A stretch of 64,000 nucleotides of DNA from a virus (lineage: Duplodnaviria; Caudoviricetes). Made by a program: the position numbers and the translations under genes. This document shows, piece by piece, positions 1 through 6,905 of the stretch (position 1 is the first letter of the stretch; the number at the start of each line of letters is the position of its first letter). A model generated the notes under the pieces. The model was not told the DNA's origin, ran no database searches, and was given only the letters and a program-made list of their open reading frames with translations. The stretch lies in IMG/VR virus record IMGVR_UViG_3300027833_000011, one strand, 5' to 3'.

Positions 1-3
1 AAT

Positions 4-519
4 ATGGATAGGATGGATTCAATCAGTCCTATTTTAGATTCTATGAATAATGATAATATTGATTATTATATGGATAAGGGGTTGTATGAAGATGAGAATG
101 TGGTGTGGGTTGTGTATTCGTTAAGGACACATAACGAACCACCTGTTATTGATAGAGTTGAGGGTAAGAAACACATTGGATTATTTCACGGACCAGTACA
201 TGGGTTAACGACTGACGTTGGTTATGAATTTTCAGAAGGTTATGACCCGTTTAAATTTAAAGGTTGTGATTTGGTATTGTGTGGTGATATACATAAAAGA
301 CAGATATTTGATATTCCTGAAGGTAAGGCGTATATGGTCGGTTCGACAATACAACAAAACTTTGGAGAGTCAGTTTCAAAACATGGGTATGGTACCTACT
401 ATATAGATAAAGATGAATATTCGTTTACGGACTTAGATAATAAGTCACCTTTCTTACAATTTAAGATTACGGATATTGAGGACATTGAGAATGGGAAAGA
501 AGTTTTGCTTAACGCTTGA
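4..519 (+). CDS. Mre11/SbcD/gp47-like metallophosphoesterase nuclease, C-terminal part (probably starts upstream of the window)
   Basis: Motifs GLFHGPV, LVLCGDIHKRQ and GSTIQQNFGE typical of SbcD/Mre11 nucleases; the Rad50 partner is at 6906. Confidence 0.8.
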   Translation: MDRMDSISPILDSMNNDNIDYYMDKGLYEDENVVWVVYSLRTHNEPPVIDRVEGKKHIGLFHGPVHGLTTDVGYEFSEGYDPFKFKGCDLVLCGDIHKRQIFDIPEGKAYMVGSTIQQNFGESVSKHGYGTYYIDKDEYSFTDLDNKSPFLQFKITDIEDIENGKEVLLNA

Positions 520-1378
520 TAAAAACGTTTTAGATTTTTGTAAATTAAATGACATTGAAGATGTTAGGGAATTTGCTATAAAATGTTTTGAAAAGGGTCT
601 GACTATTGAGAAATATGGTGAGACACCTTTACTTATGCCCAAAGAAATCAAGACGGTGATTAAAGAAATTGAAAAAGAAGTAATCAAAGAAGTTGAAGTA
701 CCTGTTGAGGTCATTAAAGAGGTTAAAGTAGAGGTTCCCGTTGAGAAAATAGTGGAAAAAATTGTTGAAAAACCTATTGAAGTGATAAAGGAAGTCATTA
801 AAGAGGTACCAGTCGACAAAATAGTGGAAGTGGAGAAAGAGGTCGTTGTCTATAAAGAAAGACCCGTAGAAATCATAAAAGAGGTTGAGAAGATAGTTGA
901 AAAAGAAGTCCCAATAGAGAAAATTAAGGAAATCGAAGTAATTAAAGAGGTCTATATAACGGATGACAAGCAGGTTGAGGAACTTGGTGATAAAATAACA
1001 CAGTTAGAGAAACAAAATAAGGATTTGTCCCAAAAAGTGATTAAATTAGAGACAACTCCCCCTAAAATTGTGGAAAAAGAAATACCGATTGAGAAAATTA
1101 AGATAGTTGATAGGGAAGTCCCTGTTGAAATCATCAAAGAGGTTGAGAAAATAGTAGAAAAACCTATTGAAGTGATAAAGGAAGTCATTAAAGAGGTAAA
1201 AGTAGAGGTTCCTGTTGAAAAAATCGTCAAGATTAAGGATAACTCTGAAATAGAAAAATTGACTAAACATAATAAAGAATTAATTGAGTCATTAGCTAAA
1301 TATGACGAAATGTTTAGTAAATTTGAACAGAAAATAAGCGTTAAAAAATCAAAAAGAGATAATTTATATGATGAGTAG
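476..1378 (+). CDS. Val/Glu/Lys/Ile/Pro repeat protein (articulin/alveolin-like EVIKEVPVEKIVEK repeats) with coiled-coil segments; start may be 491
   Basis: Many EVIKEV, EVPVEKIVEK and KEVEKIVEK units over about 200 aa. Confidence 0.75.
   Translation: MRTLRMGKKFCLTLDKNVLDFCKLNDIEDVREFAIKCFEKGLTIEKYGETPLLMPKEIKTVIKEIEKEVIKEVEVPVEVIKEVKVEVPVEKIVEKIVEKPIEVIKEVIKEVPVDKIVEVEKEVVVYKERPVEIIKEVEKIVEKEVPIEKIKEIEVIKEVYITDDKQVEELGDKITQLEKQNKDLSQKVIKLETTPPKIVEKEIPIEKIKIVDREVPVEIIKEVEKIVEKPIEVIKEVIKEVKVEVPVEKIVKIKDNSEIEKLTKHNKELIESLAKYDEMFSKFEQKISVKKSKRDNLYDE
767..1198 (+). repeat. Exact 42-bp direct repeat (767-808 and 1157-1198) inside the repeat protein
   Basis: gaaaaacctattgaagtgataaaggaagtcattaaagaggta occurs twice. 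Confidence 0.9.
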
Positions 1379-1688
1379 TTTAATATTGTTTGCGTTTGTG
1401 GCATATGGTATGACCACAATAATAGTTTACGGTTCTATATTAGAAGGAATTCGTAATTTCATACATAAAAAGGGGGAAAATAATTCGTTTATGAAGTTTT
1501 TCTCAGACTTAGTAGGTTGTGTGTTATGTACATCGACATGGGTAGGATTCTTCTTATCAATAACGATGTTTTCACCAACTAATACTATTTATGGTATATC
1601 CCTACCGATGACAATATTCTTTGACGGAATGTTTTCAGCGGGAATAGTATGGGGAATAAACACACTTATAGAGTGGTTTGAAGATTAA
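1368..1688 (+). CDS. Small membrane protein, DUF1360-like
   Basis: Three hydrophobic segments and a CVLCTSTW (CxxC..W) motif. Confidence 0.55.
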   Translation: MMSSLILFAFVAYGMTTIIVYGSILEGIRNFIHKKGENNSFMKFFSDLVGCVLCTSTWVGFFLSITMFSPTNTIYGISLPMTIFFDGMFSAGIVWGINTLIEWFED

Positions 1689-2304
1689 TATTATGATTAA
1701 ATTTTTAAAGAAATTATTTAGTAAAGATGTTTTATTTGACTTATCAAAGATTGATGGGTTTGTTAAAAACTATGAATTAGACTTAGATAAGTTTGAAAAG
1801 GACTGGATGACAGGTGATGGTGTTTCTGATTACGTTAAAGGTGTTAATCACGAATGGTTATCTCCGGAATCGGTAAGTTTAGAAAATGAAGAAATACACA
1901 TAACGTCTATACATAGACCGATTAATGTTGGGGGTGAAATATTTGACTATAAAACAGGTGTGGTAACAACAACACGTTTTTTTAGTTATGGTTATTATGA
2001 GTTCTCAGTAGATTTACCAAACAAAAGTTCACATACGCCAACTGTTGAGATATTCAACCCTGAAAGTAACATTGAATTAGTTACGGGTAATTATGGGGTT
2101 AAAAAAATTGGTTTATTATATTTAAACAAGAAAATAGAACTTTACCACGACAATATTTTAGTTAAGAAGATTAAGAACGGGAATATAGGTTCTGAGGTGA
2201 AGTTAAGAATTAAGCACGGATTAAATCCTTCGGTTGAAGGTACCCACATTAAAGGTAACGATACTTTAAGGTTGATTAGTTTAGACTATTACAGAAAAAA
2301 ATGA
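1678..2304 (+). CDS. Degenerate GH16/ConA-like jelly-roll protein
   Basis: GVVTTTRFFSYGYYEF resembles the GH16 G..T...F.YG.FE segment; no ExDxxE catalytic motif seen. Confidence 0.45.
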   Translation: MKINIMIKFLKKLFSKDVLFDLSKIDGFVKNYELDLDKFEKDWMTGDGVSDYVKGVNHEWLSPESVSLENEEIHITSIHRPINVGGEIFDYKTGVVTTTRFFSYGYYEFSVDLPNKSSHTPTVEIFNPESNIELVTGNYGVKKIGLLYLNKKIELYHDNILVKKIKNGNIGSEVKLRIKHGLNPSVEGTHIKGNDTLRLISLDYYRKK

Positions 2305-3230
2305 TACTAAAATTAGGTTCTAAAGGTGAGAGTGTTAAAGAAATACAAGAGTTTCTCGGTATTACAATGGATGGTGATTTCGGTCCAAAAACTGAGAGAG
2401 CAGTTAAAGAATGGCAAAAGACAAAAGGACTATTTGTTGATGGTATTGTTGGTCCTTCCACTTGGAACGCTATGGGTATTGCTACTACTGATATATCGGA
2501 AATTGCGTTAACAGATGGAATAGTTATCAATAAGACTTATTTACCCGACGGTGAATATTATAAAGGGCCTGTGGATAAAGAATACTTATTTTTACACCAC
2601 ACGGCAGGTGGAAATAACCCATATAGAACTATATTACATTGGGGTAGAGACAGTAGAGGTAGAATTGCAACTGAGTTTGTTATTGGAGGTAAGTCAATTG
2701 ATGGTGACGACCAATACGATGGTGAGATAGTTCAATCATTTTCTGAAGGGGGTTATTCATGGCATTTGGGTAAGAATGGCTCACAACATATGCACGTACA
2801 CTCAGTAGGTATTGAGGTTTGTAATTATGGTTATCTAACTAAAGGTGGGTACAAAAAGAAAATTAATGGTAGACGTGTTTGGGTGGATAGAGACCCTGAT
2901 TCTTATTACGCATACACAGGTAGTAAAATACGTGAAGAGGATATTGTGTTTACTGAGGAATTTAGAGGTTATACTGCGTGGCACGCATACACAGACAAGC
3001 AAATTGAGTCTTTAAAGGAGTTAATACTTTACATCAAAGAAAGAGATGGTATTGACATACAAAAGGGATTAATTAGTGAATATAAAAAAAATGGTTTGGA
3101 TTCATTTGAATGGAATTCAGATGCATATTATGGTAGAATTAAGGGTATGTGGACACATACAAACACCAAAAAAGGTAAGTCAGATATGTCACCCCAACCC
3201 AAACTGATTGAGATGTTACTCAGTCTATAA
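2301..3230 (+). CDS. Endolysin: PG_binding_1 domain plus N-acetylmuramoyl-L-alanine amidase (Amidase_2)
   Basis: LKLGSKGESVKEIQ..DGDFGPKTERAVKEWQ..DGIVGPSTW; Zn ligands in FLHHTAG, WTHTN and SDMSP; IGIEVCN. Confidence 0.9.
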   Translation: MILKLGSKGESVKEIQEFLGITMDGDFGPKTERAVKEWQKTKGLFVDGIVGPSTWNAMGIATTDISEIALTDGIVINKTYLPDGEYYKGPVDKEYLFLHHTAGGNNPYRTILHWGRDSRGRIATEFVIGGKSIDGDDQYDGEIVQSFSEGGYSWHLGKNGSQHMHVHSVGIEVCNYGYLTKGGYKKKINGRRVWVDRDPDSYYAYTGSKIREEDIVFTEEFRGYTAWHAYTDKQIESLKELILYIKERDGIDIQKGLISEYKKNGLDSFEWNSDAYYGRIKGMWTHTNTKKGKSDMSPQPKLIEMLLSL

Positions 3231-3248
3231 AAAATACAAATTTTAATG

Positions 3249-3272
3249 AATCCTGTCAGAAATGACGGGATT
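3249..3272 (+). terminator. Stem-loop after the endolysin
   Basis: aatcctgtca-gaaa-tgacgggatt. Confidence 0.55.
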
Positions 3273-3286
3273 TCAAGTTTAATATA

Positions 3287-3718
3287 ATGAATATGGAAAG
3301 TTATAAAATTAGAAAGGCGGTCTTCGAAGATTTAGAAGATATTTGTCGATTATTAAGCGAATCGTTTATTGAAACCAAAGAACCGATTAGGTATTGGTGG
3401 AGAATAATGGAGAACACATCGATACATACATATGTGGTTGAGAGTGAAGGATATATTGTAGGTACGGCTACATTACACGTATTAGAAAAACTAATCGGTG
3501 GAGGTTCATATGTTGGGCAAATTGAGGATGTTTGTATATCAAAATCACACAAAGGTGAAGGGTTAGGACAAATGTTAGTCAATCAATTAATCGAATCCTC
3601 AAAAGAATTACGTTGTTATAAGGTTATTTTAAATTGTGATGAAAAATTAGTACCATTTTATGAGAAAAATGGGTTTTACCAGAAAGAAATACAAATGCGT
3701 TTGGATAATAAAAAATAA
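3287..3718 (+). CDS. GNAT acetyltransferase, glucosamine-6-phosphate N-acetyltransferase (GNA1)-like
   Basis: VGTATLHVLEKLI..GQIEDVCI..GEGLGQ..CYKVILNC..FYEKNGF follows the GNA1 consensus. Confidence 0.75.
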   Translation: MNMESYKIRKAVFEDLEDICRLLSESFIETKEPIRYWWRIMENTSIHTYVVESEGYIVGTATLHVLEKLIGGGSYVGQIEDVCISKSHKGEGLGQMLVNQLIESSKELRCYKVILNCDEKLVPFYEKNGFYQKEIQMRLDNKK

Positions 3719-3755
3719 AGTCATACTTTTGTGTTCTAATTAAAAAGATACTTAT

Positions 3756-3992
3756 ATGACGACAGTAACATTTAGCATTTGGGACGGTGGGAAACTAATC
3801 ACCGAATATCCTTTAGAGATTCAAGAAGAAAACATAGAGAAAACACATATTGACGCATCGTCAGTATGGGATGAGTATACTGTATTGGCAGAATGGGGTG
3901 ACGGGAAAACTGCTACAATCATGCCGTTCACATATTCCAACTCACTTAATGGGGAGGTGTCTAATAATCAACCAATTGAATTCCTACTATAA
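3756..3992 (+). CDS. Hypothetical protein
   Basis: 78-aa ORF in a co-directional run. Confidence 0.6.
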   Translation: MTTVTFSIWDGGKLITEYPLEIQEENIEKTHIDASSVWDEYTVLAEWGDGKTATIMPFTYSNSLNGEVSNNQPIEFLL

Positions 3993-3994
3993 TT

Positions 3995-4243
3995 ATGTTT
4001 AGAAAAGATGATTTATATACGTTATTTCTCGTGGTGATTATAATATCAGTGTTGGGAATTTCTCTCGGTTTTATATCGTTATTAGTGTTTTTTGTGTCTA
4101 ATCTATCGTTAATGGGGTCTTTAGTCGTTGCGACATTTACACACGTAATTTTGTTTTATATGTTATACCGTAAAATAGTAGGGGAGTTAAAAGAAATGAA
4201 TGTCGATGGTTTAGATTTCGATGATATCGAAGACTTAGGTTAA
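3995..4243 (+). CDS. Small two-TM membrane protein
   Basis: Two long hydrophobic stretches and an acidic tail. Confidence 0.6.
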   Translation: MFRKDDLYTLFLVVIIISVLGISLGFISLLVFFVSNLSLMGSLVVATFTHVILFYMLYRKIVGELKEMNVDGLDFDDIEDLG

Positions 4244-4249
4244 AAAAAA

Positions 4250-4281
4250 TTTGTGAGGGTCAGATATTTGGCTTATCTTTG
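4250..4281 (+). promoter_or_regulatory. Bacteroidota sigma70-type promoter (-33 TTTG, -7 TAnnTTTG)
   Basis: TTTG 4250-4253, 20-nt spacer, TATCTTTG 4274-4281, ATG at 4303. Confidence 0.75.
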
Positions 4282-4302
4282 TAGTATCAAAATAAAGAAA
4301 CT

Positions 4303-4851
4303 ATGACAAGACAAATAATCGAAAATACAACTGTAAACTATTGGGGTCAAACTCAGGACACTAAGAAAATCAAGGATGAATTATTCTGTGATAGCAACAC
4401 AATTGCTCAGAATGGGAGTTCATTGGCGATGTCAGAGAAAAATGACTGTGTGGTACGTGCGTTTATGGTTGTTTTAGATTTGTCTTACGATAAGACTCAC
4501 AAATGGGTTACAGATAACTTTAATAGAGTTCACCGAAAAGGGACGTATACTGGTCGTTACTTAACTAATGTCTTAGGTAAGAGAAAAAACTACAAAAAGA
4601 TTAGTTTGTTTGGTGTGTCTCCAGGTCGTACATATTCTTTCGGTAAGAAAGAGTTATACAACCCTAAATACAAGGGTAAAAAGACTTGTTATACGGTTAA
4701 GTCTTTCATGGAGAACTATCCGAAGGGACGTTATTTCATCATCGTTAAAGGTCACGCATTAGCTTTGGTTGACGGAGTATTATATGGTAACGGTAGTGAA
4801 CAGTTTAACGGATTTCGTAGAAGAATCCACTATGTGGTAAAGGTAGGGTAA
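4303..4851 (+). CDS. Conserved-looking phage protein with an NDCVVRA...GHALALVDG papain-like Cys/His motif pair
   Basis: NDCVVRAF and VKGHALALVDG motifs. Confidence 0.55.
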   Translation: MTRQIIENTTVNYWGQTQDTKKIKDELFCDSNTIAQNGSSLAMSEKNDCVVRAFMVVLDLSYDKTHKWVTDNFNRVHRKGTYTGRYLTNVLGKRKNYKKISLFGVSPGRTYSFGKKELYNPKYKGKKTCYTVKSFMENYPKGRYFIIVKGHALALVDGVLYGNGSEQFNGFRRRIHYVVKVG

Positions 4852-5105
4852 TGGAAAAAGAACACAGGTACGAAGATAACTTACACATTATAGATGTTAT
4901 CATAGATGAACTTATGTTGGTAAGAACAATTGAAGAGATTACGGAATTCGACAAGGCGGTTAACATTACGTTCTTAAAGATGTTCCCAACGGTTAATCCA
5001 CAGGCGGATATTATTGAGGGGTTGTTTAGGGATTACTGTAAGGATTATACGGTTAAGGTGTGGTATGAAAGTTTATTTAAAATACCGATTGAAAAGATTG
5101 TGTAA
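4851..5105 (+). CDS. Hypothetical protein
   Basis: Stop/start overlap (taatg) with the upstream gene. Confidence 0.6.
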   Translation: MEKEHRYEDNLHIIDVIIDELMLVRTIEEITEFDKAVNITFLKMFPTVNPQADIIEGLFRDYCKDYTVKVWYESLFKIPIEKIV

Positions 5106-5128
5106 TACAAACTTAAATATTATCTTTG
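5098..5128 (+). promoter_or_regulatory. Bacteroidota sigma70-type promoter
   Basis: TTG 5098-5100, 20-nt spacer, TATCTTTG 5121-5128. Confidence 0.75.
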
Positions 5129-5171
5129 TACTATCAATAAGAAAGATATAAACCTAAAAAATCCGATTCAA

Positions 5172-5705
5172 ATGACAAACGCCAAAAACATCATCGTAAA
5201 AAAAGCCGAAGAATTAATCGACTACTTAGTTCAGAAAGAAGAGTCTCGTTTCAACGACATCAAAGAAAGTTACGAACTTTTCTTAAAAGAAAACCCATCA
5301 GTATATCAGTACGGTCCTTACGAAAGAAAGAAATGTTACAGTCTATCTGAGAACGGAGAAACTGACTACACAAACGTAAGATATTTCTTCCACAACAGAG
5401 GAGCGGTTAAATTACTCGAAGAGGTAAGAATGGCGACTGACGAGAAAGGGATGGTTAAGTATCTTGAAAACTACCGAGAACTAAACAAAGTTAAATTGGT
5501 TCGAGCGATTGAGAAGTACATCACTGAAGACATGACCGTGAAAGGTGAGGTATACATCAACGAAGGTGTGAAAGGTGTTGAGGTGTCAGCGGAGGTTAAT
5601 ACAACTGAAGGGTTAAGAAACTTTAGAACCAACGCAATATTCGCAGGGGGATACATCCAAAGATATCACTACCGATACAGAGGAGGTCTTCACTTAGTGA
5701 AGTAA
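5172..5705 (+). CDS. Hypothetical phage protein
   Basis: 177-aa ORF with its own promoter and terminator and strongly biased codon usage. Confidence 0.75.
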   Translation: MTNAKNIIVKKAEELIDYLVQKEESRFNDIKESYELFLKENPSVYQYGPYERKKCYSLSENGETDYTNVRYFFHNRGAVKLLEEVRMATDEKGMVKYLENYRELNKVKLVRAIEKYITEDMTVKGEVYINEGVKGVEVSAEVNTTEGLRNFRTNAIFAGGYIQRYHYRYRGGLHLVK

Positions 5706-5710
5706 GACCA

Positions 5711-5740
5711 AAGGGGGACGAAAGTCCCCCTTATTTTTTG
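5711..5740 (+). terminator. Rho-independent terminator
   Basis: aagggggac-gaaa-gtccccctt followed by attttttg. Confidence 0.85.
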
Positions 5741-5749
5741 AGATAATGG

Positions 5750-5780
5750 TTGTGTAATACAAACATAATGACTATATTTG
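5750..5780 (+). promoter_or_regulatory. Bacteroidota sigma70-type promoter
   Basis: TTG 5750-5752, 20-nt spacer, TATATTTG 5773-5780. Confidence 0.75.
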
Positions 5781-5806
5781 TATAACAATAAAAAAAAACA
5801 AATATT

Positions 5807-6103
5807 ATGTCAGTCAACAAAGTTTTAGTTCACACACAGTACGAAGAAAATTATGGTTTTAATGAGGGTAACTATCATTGGAAGATGAAAGGTGGTCACA
5901 CATTTCAAATCGAGATGGATGTTGATTTATTAATGTATAGTGACGCGGAGAAAGTGTTCGGTGAGATGTTGGAATTACATTGTAATGACCATGAGCGTTT
6001 TACCTACGCAGGATTTGAAATCCAATGGCAAGAGCCAACGGTTTTGGGGACTCAGGAGGATTACATTAAGACGAATCAAGAACTAAATCCTGAGACTGTA
6101 TAG
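5807..6103 (+). CDS. Hypothetical phage protein
   Basis: 98-aa ORF downstream of a promoter. Confidence 0.7.
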   Translation: MSVNKVLVHTQYEENYGFNEGNYHWKMKGGHTFQIEMDVDLLMYSDAEKVFGEMLELHCNDHERFTYAGFEIQWQEPTVLGTQEDYIKTNQELNPETV

Positions 6104-6104
6104 T

Positions 6105-6833
6105 ATGGAAGGATATGTATACATAGCAAGAATCATTGACCACGGAGGTAAATTCGTAAATGGGTACCATAAGATTGGTCTCTCAAAACAGTATAAGGTA
6201 CGTGAGACACAGTTAAACTCAACGCACTTACCTTTTGATGTTATGATGGTAAGAGTCTTTGAAACGGAAGATATGAACAAATTAGAGGGTATTCTTCACG
6301 TTTGTTTCGAGGACTATAGAGTTATTAAAGAGTATGATGACCGTAGGAATATTACAACAGAGTGGTTTGATGTTTCGGATATTGACACCTTTCATTCACG
6401 ATTGGATAAGATGGTAAGTTATCTATCTGTTAAGGAATTGGATTTAGGTCTTAGTGTTGATAACGACGAAACCCTAACTGATGAAGAAAAGGTTGATGTT
6501 AAAAACAAAATTGGTCGGGCAAAGTCTACGAATCTAAAGGTTACCATTGGTGATAGAGTTATTACTAACAAAACCGCAAAAGAAACGTATGTGTCGGTTA
6601 TCAACGAAATCACTAACGGTGTTAACAGGTCAGTCATTGAATACAATTTCTCATCTTTCTTTAAAAACGATAAGGACGAGTTTAGAGACTCACTTAGTGA
6701 CCATAATAAGGTTATGATGGACTGTGGGATGTTTATGTCCACATGGGGTTCTAATGTAACTAAAATCAAACGAATTAAAATGATTTGTGAGAAGTTAGGG
6801 GTGGAAAATGTGGAGTGTGAAATTATCGATTAA
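6105..6833 (+). CDS. GIY-YIG superfamily T5orf172-domain protein with a C-terminal extension
   Basis: GYVYI..YHKIGLS..R..QL..LEGILH..F..YRV..EWF pattern. Confidence 0.8.
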   Translation: MEGYVYIARIIDHGGKFVNGYHKIGLSKQYKVRETQLNSTHLPFDVMMVRVFETEDMNKLEGILHVCFEDYRVIKEYDDRRNITTEWFDVSDIDTFHSRLDKMVSYLSVKELDLGLSVDNDETLTDEEKVDVKNKIGRAKSTNLKVTIGDRVITNKTAKETYVSVINEITNGVNRSVIEYNFSSFFKNDKDEFRDSLSDHNKVMMDCGMFMSTWGSNVTKIKRIKMICEKLGVENVECEIID

Positions 6834-6845
6834 CGGATAAAATAA

Positions 6846-6877
6846 AAGACCCTCACTATTGAAAGTGGGGGTTTTTT
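6846..6877 (+). terminator. Rho-independent terminator
   Basis: aagaccctcact-attgaa-agtgggggtttt with a T tract. Confidence 0.75.
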
Positions 6878-6905
6878 CTGTTATATTTAAAACAAAATAC
6901 GATTT

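Noticed and set aside
454-1419. Minus-strand ORFs rich in STIFST/TSLMTS
   Set aside because: They mirror the EVIKEV repeat gene on the other strand.
6105-6833. T5orf172 gene as an intron- or intein-borne homing endonuclease
   Set aside because: It is free-standing in an operon and does not interrupt any recognisable gene; no splice elements were seen.
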